Below are positions 8,239 to 15,234 of a DNA stretch of 24,000 nt, one piece after another. The notes beneath the pieces are model-generated. The model had not been told where the DNA came from, did no database searches, and saw only the letters and a list, made by a program, of their open reading frames with translations. The position numbers were made by a program, and so were the translations under genes. Source of the stretch: Dehalococcoidia bacterium (lineage in GTDB: Bacteria; Chloroflexota; Dehalococcoidia; Lucifugimonadales; CATOSD01); assembly GCA_965206395.1 (NCBI GenBank), contig CBDBJK010000024.1, positions 1,979 through 25,978 on the forward strand, read 5' to 3'. The number at the start of each line of letters is the position of its first letter. Position 1 is the first letter of the stretch.

Positions 8239-9003
8239 CTATTGGCTTCCCCGAAGTTCGTCGAGGAAGCGGTGGTCTTCCTCGGAAAGCTGCGCCGATT
8301 CCAGCAGGTCGGGGCGGCGCAGAAATGTCCTGCGAAGCGACTCCCGCCGACGCCATCGGGCTATCTCCGCGTGGTTGCCGGAGAGAAGCATATCCGGCAC
8401 GGCCCAGCCTCGAAACTCGGCGGGACGGGTGTACTGCGGATGCTGAATCAGGCCGGTGGTGAACGAGTCGTCCTGCGTCGATTCCAAGGAACCGACGACG
8501 CCCGGCACAAGCCGCGACACGGCGTCGATGACGACCATCGCCGCAAGCTCGCCACCGCTGAGAACGTAGTCGCCTATGCTAATCTCGTCCGTCGCCAGAT
8601 GCTCGCGCACACGCTCGTCTACGCCTTCGTAGCGTCCACAGATTAGCACCAGGTCGCTATGCGCTGAAAGCTCCTCCACGACCTTCTGCGTCAGAGTTCG
8701 GCCTTGAGGCGAGAGCAGAATTACGGGTGTGTCATCGTCCAGACGGGCGGAAGCGCGAACCGAGTCTACGGCCTCAAACAGGGGTTCCGGCTTCATCAGC
8801 ATGCCTGGTTCGCCACCGAAAGGGTAGTCGTCTACCTTCCTGTGGCGGTCGTGTGCGTGGTCACGGATGTCGTAGGTTTTAACATCGACCAGGCCGTTTT
8901 GAATTCCACGGGCGACGATGCTCTCGGCGAAAGGACTTACGAACATCGCCGGAAAGATCGTCACGACGTGAAATCGCGTACGTAGGTTCAGTGTGTCCGC
9001 CAT
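8239..9003 (-). CDS. trmD: tRNA (guanine37-N1)-methyltransferase
   Basis: Motifs are [70 protein letters not shown] and [11 protein letters not shown]. Its start overlaps the mogA stop by 16 nt. It is not in the usual rpsP-rimM-trmD-rplS context. Confidence 0.95.
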   Translation of the reverse strand: MADTLNLRTRFHVVTIFPAMFVSPFAESIVARGIQNGLVDVKTYDIRDHAHDRHRKVDDYPFGGEPGMLMKPEPLFEAVDSVRASARLDDDTPVILLSPQGRTLTQKVVEELSAHSDLVLICGRYEGVDERVREHLATDEISIGDYVLSGGELAAMVVIDAVSRLVPGVVGSLESTQDDSFTTGLIQHPQYTRPAEFRGWAVPDMLLSGNHAEIARWRRRESLRRTFLRRPDLLESAQLSEEDHRFLDELRGSQ

Positions 9004-9485
9004 CCCTTGACCATCTCCAGCGCATGGGCTATGGCCGGAACCGCAACCTCAAGGGTCTCTCGAACTGCCTTTGGACTGCCTGGCAGGTTGATGATGAGGC
9101 ATCCAGACCTCACACCGGCCACGGAGCGGCTGAGCATAGCCAACGGCGTGTTCTTCAGCGTTTCGATCCGCATGGCTTCCGCTATTCCGGGCGCTTCGAT
9201 GTCGATAACGGCCCTCGTAGCTTCCGGGGTAACATCCCTGGGGCCAAGGCCAGTGCCGCCTGTAGTCAGTACAAGATCGACCTTTCCGCCGTCGCTCCAT
9301 TCGCGGAGCTTTTCGGATATAATATCTTTTTCGTCTGGAACGATATCACGAAGCACCTGCTCCAAACCTTCACGTTCCATAATTTCGCTTATGGTGTCGC
9401 CACTGGTGTCAGCCCGCTCTCCCTTAGAGCCAGCGTCGCTTATGGTAAGTATTGCTAGTTTGAAAATGGTTCGCCTCCTTCTCAA
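8988..9485 (-). CDS. mogA: Molybdenum cofactor biosynthesis protein, MogA/MoaB family
   Basis: Motifs are KLAILTISD...[21 protein letters not shown]...[22 protein letters not shown]. The track start is TTG 9485, but a strong AAGGAGG (9480-9474) sits 6 nt before ATT 9467-9465. The true start may therefore be the ATT. Confidence 0.85.
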   Translation of the reverse strand: MRRRRTIFKLAILTISDAGSKGERADTSGDTISEIMEREGLEQVLRDIVPDEKDIISEKLREWSDGGKVDLVLTTGGTGLGPRDVTPEATRAVIDIEAPGIAEAMRIETLKNTPLAMLSRSVAGVRSGCLIINLPGSPKAVRETLEVAVPAIAHALEMVKGWRTH

Positions 9486-9737
9486 ACAAGGGCAAGGGTT
9501 GATGCAGACAGACCGACCCTGAAAACACCTCGGAAAAATAGGGCTAATTCACCTTGCATGGGTCGGGCTACCTCTGTGACACTCGCAAAGAATGTTGTGG
9601 GTTCATACGCTCGAAGCCATCCTATACTACCATGATTGGATGGTCGGAGCCTATGTCGTTGGTCTGCTCAACGCAGAATGCCGAGGGTTAGGCTGGCGTA
9701 ATTGCGAAGGATTGGGGGGTGGCCCTCTTAGGAAGCG

Positions 9738-10661
9738 TTGGAAGTACGCCACACACCCGTAATGGCGCAGGAGGTTATCTCCGCCCTCGAAATCAAACCT
9801 CTTGGGACGTTTGTAGATTGCAACGTTGGGGAGGGTGGGCATTCTCTGGCGATTTTGAGCGCCGTTACCCCAGGGCCGCATCTCCTTGGAATAGACCTGG
9901 ATGCCGAATCGCTCATCGTGGCGCGGCGGCGGCTGGAAGCATACCAGGACACTGTTGTCCTGGTGCAGGGGAATTTCGCGGACGTGGGCACTATCGCCGA
10001 GGAACACGGCTTCAAGCCCGCAGACGGCATTCTCTTCGACCTTGGCCTGTCCTCGCTGCAAGTGGACACCGGCAGCAGGGGTTTCAGCTTTCGCCACGAG
10101 GCACGGCTCGATATGCGGTTTGACCCGGGCCAGGAAACGACCGCTTATAACGTGGTGAATGAGTATTCCGAGGAATCGCTGGCTGACGTTATTTTCTGGA
10201 TGGGCGAAGAGCGGAGAGCGAGAAGGGTAGCGCGGGCCATCGTTCGAAGGCGTCCGATAGAGACGACGACCCAATTGGCGGATGTGGTAACACGTGCTCT
10301 GGGTCGGCCTGCAAGGGGACGAATTCATCCTGCTACGCGAACGTTTCAAGCAATCAGAATGGCCGTCAACAAGGAGTTGGAAAATCTGGAGCGTGGCCTT
10401 GAACAGGCCCTGGAACTGTTACGCTCAGGCGGGCGTGTCGCGGTGATTAGCTATCATTCGCTTGAGGACAGGCTGGTGAAAAACAAGCTGCGGCACGAGG
10501 CGTCGGATTGCATATGTCCACCGGAAACGCCGATATGTATATGTGGCCATAAGGCCAGTATCAGGCTGATCAATCGGAAAGTGATAAAACCAACGCAGGC
10601 CGAGGTTCAGGCCAACCCTCGGAGCAGAAGCGCCCGTATGCGAGTGGCAGAGCGGATCTGA
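9738..10661 (+). CDS. rsmH: 16S rRNA (cytosine1402-N4)-methyltransferase
   Basis: Motifs are HTPVM..EV, FVDCNVGEGGHS, GILFDLGLSSLQVD, RGFSF and ISYHSLEDR. The start is TTG 9738 and an in-frame stop lies just upstream. No mraZ precedes it. Confidence 0.95.
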   Translation: MEVRHTPVMAQEVISALEIKPLGTFVDCNVGEGGHSLAILSAVTPGPHLLGIDLDAESLIVARRRLEAYQDTVVLVQGNFADVGTIAEEHGFKPADGILFDLGLSSLQVDTGSRGFSFRHEARLDMRFDPGQETTAYNVVNEYSEESLADVIFWMGEERRARRVARAIVRRRPIETTTQLADVVTRALGRPARGRIHPATRTFQAIRMAVNKELENLERGLEQALELLRSGGRVAVISYHSLEDRLVKNKLRHEASDCICPPETPICICGHKASIRLINRKVIKPTQAEVQANPRSRSARMRVAERI

Positions 10662-10722
10662 ATGCTATGGCAATGATGACAACGGCGGAAGTGTACACTC
10701 CGTTTTCAGAGGAACCAATATT

Positions 10723-11976
10723 ATGGCAGACGCAACGATAATAGCTGCGATAGACGTAGGCACAACGAAAATTTGCACTATCGTCTGCAAGAAAACCGGG
10801 CCGACAAACCTTCAGGTGCTGGCATATAGCGTCGTACCGTGCGATGGCCTCAAGAAAGGGAACGTCGCGGATGCTGCGGCAACGGAGGCGGCGATTCGAG
10901 CTTCCATCTCTGAGGTGGAGCATAAAGCAGGGCTTAGTATTCAGTCCGTCTACGTCGGCGTTACCGGCACGCACGTTGCTTTCGAGAACCGTTCGGATAC
11001 CCTGAATTGGGCCGGTGAGCGTGGCGTCATAACTAACGAAGACCTTGAGCGGGTTCCTCAAAAGGTTGCTGCCGAGAGCCAGGCGTCCGGGCGCAAGGTA
11101 ATTCACGCCATTCCGATGTCCTACTCTTTAGACGGTAAGGAGGGCATCAGAAGCCCGCTGGGAATGCACACCAATCAGTTAAAGGTCGAAACCCATGTCG
11201 TGACGGGGGCCTCTTATATTGTTAACAGCCTCGTGGATGCTGTAGAGAGGGCCGGAGTTAGAATAGAGTCGCTCGTGTTGGAGCCGCTGGCGAGCAGCCT
11301 GGCGGTACTGACACAAGAGGAAAGGGAGCAGGGAGTCGTGCTGATAGACATCGGCGGTGGCACGACCGATGTGGTTGTATTCAAGAGGGGGAATATCCAG
11401 TATACCTCTGTCTTGCCTATAGGTGGCTATCAGTTCACGAACGATATTTCACTCACTTACGACACCACTTACTACGCAGCAGAGGAAGCAAAGCTCAAGT
11501 ATGCTCACACCGAGATGAACGATGTCCATCCAAATGATGAGATTTCCTTGCCGGTTGTCGGCAGATCGACTGAGCTTAAAGTGCCACTACGGGATATTCG
11601 CCAGCTAACGCGCGAGCGCGCCCGGGAGTTGGTGCGTCTGATCAAGCTGAAACTGGAAGACGCAGGCATTGAGGACATCTCCAGCATGCAGCTTGTCATC
11701 ACCGGCGGGGCGTCTGTTTTGCCAGGGCTAAAGGAGCTAATCCAGCGAACTCTCACTCTTCACGTGCGCATCGGCGTGCCCGATGGTGGCGGGGATTTGC
11801 CAGACGAGCTTAAAGCCCCCGCATTCGCGACCAGCACGGGAATCCTTCTGTGGGCCGCAGCACAACACAGGCCAGAGACAACCAGAGCGACCAACGGGGC
11901 AAGCAACGGCACTAAGAACGGAGGCGGTGGAGTCGTTTCCCGGTTTGCCAGACAAGTCAGAGGGTTGTTGTCCTGA
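10723..11976 (+). CDS. ftsA: Cell division protein FtsA
   Basis: The actin-fold motifs are IAAIDVGTTKICTIV, DIGGGTTDVVVF and ITGGASVLPGL. The C-terminal tail GGVVSRFARQVRGLLS is a candidate amphipathic membrane-targeting helix. Confidence 0.95.
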   Translation: MADATIIAAIDVGTTKICTIVCKKTGPTNLQVLAYSVVPCDGLKKGNVADAAATEAAIRASISEVEHKAGLSIQSVYVGVTGTHVAFENRSDTLNWAGERGVITNEDLERVPQKVAAESQASGRKVIHAIPMSYSLDGKEGIRSPLGMHTNQLKVETHVVTGASYIVNSLVDAVERAGVRIESLVLEPLASSLAVLTQEEREQGVVLIDIGGGTTDVVVFKRGNIQYTSVLPIGGYQFTNDISLTYDTTYYAAEEAKLKYAHTEMNDVHPNDEISLPVVGRSTELKVPLRDIRQLTRERARELVRLIKLKLEDAGIEDISSMQLVITGGASVLPGLKELIQRTLTLHVRIGVPDGGGDLPDELKAPAFATSTGILLWAAAQHRPETTRATNGASNGTKNGGGGVVSRFARQVRGLLS

Positions 11977-12089
11977 ATAGTATTTGTAAATCTGAAAAGT
12001 ATATCTTTATCACCCTCAAAAGCGAGGGTTTGAATTGCCGAATAGAAGTCCGAAAGCAAATTTCCTAGAAACTGGAGAGGGAGGAGTCA

Positions 12090-13190
12090 ATGGCCGTCAC
12101 CAACAGAGACCCCGATGGAGTCGCACGGATTAAGGTAGTAGGCGTAGGCGGTGGAGGCTCGAACGCCGTCTCAAGGATGTTCAGGGAGCGCATGCCTGGC
12201 GTGGAGTATATGGTGGTGAACACCGATGCCCAGGCCCTGATGCGGTGCGACGTGCCCTTGAAGATTCGAGTCGGGGACCAGCTCACCGGCGGTAAAGGCG
12301 TAGGAGGCAACCCAGACCTGGGTATGCGCTCCGCCGAGGAAAGCAGAGAAGAGCTGTATGAGGCCATGCGCGACTCCGACATGGTGTTCGTCGCAGCAGG
12401 TATGGGCGGAGGCACTGGCACGGGCGCGGCACCAGTCGCGGCCCAGATGGCCAAAGAAACGGGCGCACTGACTGTTGGGGTAGTAACCCGGCCGTTCAGC
12501 TTCGAAGGTCTGCGGCGCGCTCAGGTAGCCGAAGAAGGCATCAAACGCTTGAGGGAGCATGTCGATACGCTTCTGGTCATCCCTAATGAGCGTCTCCACG
12601 TCATCTGCGAAGAGGAGATCACCGCCGAGAACGCCTTCAGGATGGCTGACGATGTTCTTCGTATGGGTGTGCAGTCTATCGCGGAGCTTGTGACCGTGCC
12701 GGGCGAGATCAACCTGGACTTCGCCGACATACAGGCAATCATGCGAGATGCTGGCCCTGCGTGGATGTCCATCGGCTTCGGCGTCGGCGAACACAGGGCA
12801 AGGGAGGCGGCGCAGCGTGCCATCACCAACCCATTGCTCGATGTGTCCATCGAAGGGGCTAGCGGCGTGCTGTTCAACATCACCGGGGGCAGCGACCTCA
12901 AGCTGTCGGAGTTGCACGAGGCCGCCGAAGTCATCCAGCGAGTCGTCGAGCCTGACGCCAACATCATCTTCGGCATGGTCACCGACCTGAAGCTGGAGAA
13001 CGAAATCAAGCTCACGATTATCGCTACTGGCTTCCCCACTACCGAGAATATTCAGGAGCGAGAAGACAACGTCGCCCAGATGCTGCGAGAAGCCCTCACC
13101 AGCGACGAGGCACAGCTTGACCTGCCGCCGTTCCTTCGCAGGCACACCAAGGCGCGTAAGGTAGACCCCTCTCAGATCAACACGCACTAA
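12090..13190 (+). CDS. ftsZ: Cell division GTPase FtsZ
   Basis: Motifs are IKVVGVGGGGSNAV, NTDAQAL, the tubulin signature GMGGGTGTGAAPV, and the C-terminal conserved peptide DLPPFLRR. The RBS is GGAGAGGGAGGAG. Confidence 0.97.
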   Translation: MAVTNRDPDGVARIKVVGVGGGGSNAVSRMFRERMPGVEYMVVNTDAQALMRCDVPLKIRVGDQLTGGKGVGGNPDLGMRSAEESREELYEAMRDSDMVFVAAGMGGGTGTGAAPVAAQMAKETGALTVGVVTRPFSFEGLRRAQVAEEGIKRLREHVDTLLVIPNERLHVICEEEITAENAFRMADDVLRMGVQSIAELVTVPGEINLDFADIQAIMRDAGPAWMSIGFGVGEHRAREAAQRAITNPLLDVSIEGASGVLFNITGGSDLKLSELHEAAEVIQRVVEPDANIIFGMVTDLKLENEIKLTIIATGFPTTENIQEREDNVAQMLREALTSDEAQLDLPPFLRRHTKARKVDPSQINTH

Positions 13191-13229
13191 TTCAGAAGAA
13201 TGCCCTTCACAGGGCGATAGCTTCTTCGC

Positions 13230-13262
13230 AACGGGGCCGCCAATTAAGGCGGCCCCGTTTAA
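13230..13262 (+). terminator. Hairpin terminator candidate downstream of ftsZ
   Basis: AACGGGGCCGCC-aattaa-GGCGGCCCCGTT forms a 12-bp GC-rich stem followed by TAATAA. The U-tract is weak. Confidence 0.55.
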
Positions 13263-13613
13263 TAAGTGGTCATAAGGACACTGGTGCAGGTAACACCGGC
13301 GTCCCCGCCTTTATTTAGTACCATCTATTACCCCTCCGCGCCTGTATCAAGGTAAAAAGTGCATTTTCACCGTCAATTAGCAAGCAGTGTTGTGCGTATA
13401 CCCTGACTGAATTATTACTACTGAACCAAAAGTGTCAGAACAGGCGTACCTATAGTGGGATTCCACCGCAAGAATCAGTGGCAAAAGCCCGAAAACGAGA
13501 CTAAGAAACCATAGACATACGGTTATCAACACTGTATCTTACTGTCGTAAGACAGCATGAAGGGATATTGGCGAGCATAGTTCGACCCTCCCACCTATCT
13601 GGGCTTAAAAGTT

Positions 13614-13702
13614 TGGTGGGGACGGAGGGATTCGAACCCTCAATCCGCATACGCGGCAGCTACTTCACAGGTAGCCGTGAATGCCAATTCCACCACGTCC
13701 CC
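13614..13702 (-). tRNA. Class-II (long variable arm) tRNA with a Leu-like D-arm, A73, encoded CCA and anticodon GTG
   Basis: Hand fold: GGGGACG|TG|GTG-GAATTGGCATT-CAC|G|GCTAC-CTGTGAA-GTAGC|TGCCGCGTATGCGGATT|GAGGG-TTCGAAT-CCCTC|CGTCCCC|A|CCA. All stems are Watson-Crick. T8, A14, G18G19, T54T55C56 and A58 are present. Confidence 0.85.
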
Positions 13703-13719
13703 GAATGTTGTTAATGGCG

Positions 13720-13804
13720 TGCCCAGGGCGGGATTCGAACCCGCACGGTTGGAATAACCACCGGAGTCACAATCCGGCGTGTCTGCCAATTCCACCACCT
13801 GGGC
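13720..13804 (-). tRNA. Class-II tRNA with a tRNA-Leu-type body and anticodon GTG (A73, no directly encoded CCA in the 7-bp fold)
   Basis: Hand fold: GCCCAGG|TG|GTG-GAATTGGCAGA-CAC|G|CCGGA-TTGTGAC-TCCGG|TGGTTATTCCAACCGT|GCGGG-TTCGAAT-CCCGC|CCTGGGC|A. An alternative 9-bp acceptor (GTGCCCAGG/CCTGGGCAC) followed by G-CCA would extend it to 13715-13806. Confidence 0.8.
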
Positions 13805-13962
13805 ACTTTTTTATGTGGCGACTTAGGCCACGCTATTACTATTACCACCTTTCTTCTAGCAACGTATAGCGACTTTCCACGCTCTTTTCTAGCACTAATG
13901 TCAATCCATATCAATGCACTTTGGGCACCTAGAAATACGGGTTTCTGCTTAGGAGGTACTTA

Positions 13963-14842
13963 GAGCGTCTAACAAAACCTAATAAAAGGGGTTAGAATCT
14001 GGACATTCTCTGGAGGAGGATGACCTAATGTCTAAGCCCCTTGTAAGCGATGAATTCTGGGAACTGGTGCAACCTTTACTGCCGCCACAACCACCGAAGC
14101 CGAAAGGAGGAAGGCCCAGGATACCTGACAGACAGGTCCTAAGTGGGATACTGTTCGTGCTAAAGACAGGCATTGGCTGGGAAGACCTACCCAAGGAGAT
14201 GGACTGTGGCAGTGGGATGACCTGCTGGAGGCGCCTCAGAGATTGGCACCAGTCGGGAGTCTGGGAGCGCATCCACTTGGTATGCCTTGAGCGCCTGCAA
14301 GCAGCTGAGCGCATAGACTGGACTCGCGCAGTGCTGGACAGTGCTTCAGTGCGAGCAGTTTTTGGGGGCAGAAAACAGGCCCCAACCCCACGGACAGGGC
14401 GAAGGCGGGTAGCAAGCATCATATCATAACCGATGCCCAGGGCATTCCACTGGCGGTCAGGTTGACTGGCGCGAACGCTCACGATGTCACCCAAGCCCTT
14501 GAGTTGGTGGATGCCATACCTGCTGTCAAGGGCAAGCGAGGCAGGCCTCGCAAGCGTCCTCTTCAGGCGCAGGGAGACAGAGGGTATGACTCTGAGCCTG
14601 TTCGCAAGGAGTTGAAGAAGCGACATATCTGGCCGCTGCTGGCCAAGCGAGGTGAGCCGCATGGCAGCGGGTTGGGTGTGCATAGATGGGTGGTTGAGAG
14701 AAGCCTGAGTTGGCTTCATCAGTTCCGACGCTTACGGGTTCGATATGAGCGCAGGGCAGACATACATGAGGCTTTCTTGGCCATAGGTTGTGCCATCATC
14801 TGCTCTCGCTTTCTGTTCCAATAATGGTTTTGTTAGACGCTC
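13963..14842 (+). mobile_element. 880-bp IS5-family IS (two-ORF, -1 frameshift type), copy 2, apparently intact
   Basis: The 17-bp perfect IRs are GAGCGTCTAACAAAACC (13963-13979) and GGTTTTGTTAGACGCTC (14826-14842). It is flanked by a TTA/TTA 3-bp direct repeat (13960-13962 and 14843-14845). Confidence 0.9.
14028..14824 (+). CDS. IS5-family transposase, orfA (14028-14429) fused to orfB by a putative -1 frameshift near 14359-14369
   Basis: orfA has a DUF4096-like N-terminus (…GRPRIPDRQVLSGILFVLKTGIGWEDLP…CWRRLRDWHQSGVWERI…). The -1 frame continues GGQKTGPNPTDRAKAGSKHHIITDAQGIPLAVRLTGANAHD...GDRGYDS...RWVVERSLSWLHQFRRLRVRYERR, which is the DDE domain. Confidence 0.85.
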
Positions 14843-14849
14843 TTAGAAC

Positions 14850-15023
14850 ATGATTTCTGGAAGTTTTTTTACCTTGGGCGAAACTGCTGCCTTGCATGGT
14901 AAGAACCGATACACCATTAGCCAGTGAATACAGAAAGGCAAGGTCAAGGGTCAGCGTGTGGGGAACATGGTGTTGATTACAGAAGACGAAGTGAAGCGAT
15001 TGCAAGAAGAACTTGGGGTATGA
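14850..15023 (+). pseudogene. Excisionase/MerR-type helix-turn-helix DNA-binding protein remnant with an in-frame TGA
   Basis: The ORF reads MISGSFFTLGETAALHGKNRYTISQ*IQKGKVKGQRVGNMVLITEDEVKRLQEELGV*. The TGA (14925-14927) sits where this HTH family normally has Trp (…tiyrWik.Gkl…). The ATG is 4 nt from the IS target duplication. Confidence 0.55.
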
Positions 15024-15234
15024 CTTTATGTGCGAAACCTCATCCCGCACAAGAAATGACCGACCTCAAATACTTCTTGTGCAAATGCCCATATTACGAT
15101 TGACATACCCCAACATGTAGTGGTATTGTAAATACATAGTACGATAAGTTGTGGTTTTTAACATAAGTCTTATATTTTAACTAAACAAAGAACAACACAG
15201 GAAATATGGACAGCAATCCCTGTAGAGTATTGAT

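Noticed and set aside
12012-12031. The hairpin ACCCTC-aaaagc-GAGGGT followed by TT, between ftsA and ftsZ, as an intra-operon terminator.
   Set aside because: It has only a 6-bp stem and a two-base U-tract. ftsA-ftsZ are normally co-transcribed. This is insufficient to call a terminator.
12171-13187. A 338-aa ORF on the minus strand across ftsZ. Similar long antisense ORFs are 12521-13039, 17487-18236 (in nrdJ), 18802-19665 (in pdxA) and 9651-10349 (in rsmH).
   Set aside because: They lie exactly antisense to genes with unmistakable conserved motifs and have Arg/Gly/Pro-rich, low-complexity translations. They are typical shadow ORFs of GC-rich coding sequence.
13580-13595. GTTCGACCCTCCCACC as an att-site copy of the tRNA 3' end.
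   Set aside because: It is on the opposite strand from the adjacent tRNAs and matches their 3' ends only loosely. It also lacks a partner T-stem. It is too short and divergent to call, so I kept it only as a note within the spacer finding.
161-13895. Recurrent TTCTAGC heptamers (161, 181, 3133, 13854, 13885) as a possible dispersed recognition motif.
   Set aside because: There are only five short occurrences with different flanks. Apart from the 12-bp pair at 181/3133, the enrichment is marginal and could be chance.
13979-14719. A 246-aa ORF antisense to almost the entire IS transposase. It is split into 5572-6105 and 5876-6313 in the other copy.
   Set aside because: It has no recognisable domain and a Ser/Arg/Leu-rich translation. 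Its openness is explained by the codon bias of the sense transposase frame. The two copies are near-identical, so conservation between them says nothing about selection.
5449-14842. Interpreting the two inverted IS copies plus the intervening DNA as a mobile composite transposon.
   Set aside because: The cargo is single-copy housekeeping and division genes (trmD, rsmH, ftsA, ftsZ). The outer flanks (TAA at 5446-5448 and TTA at 14843-14845) are not a matching direct repeat. Independent insertions, with inversion potential, fit better.
14925-14927. The possibility that TGA encodes Trp (code 4/25-like recoding), because it sits at a conserved Trp position of the HTH remnant.
   Set aside because: TGA terminates several well-supported genes in this window at their expected ends (rsmH, the protease, the IS transposase orfA/orfB context). 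No other conserved Trp position here uses TGA. A nonsense mutation in a decaying gene is far more likely.
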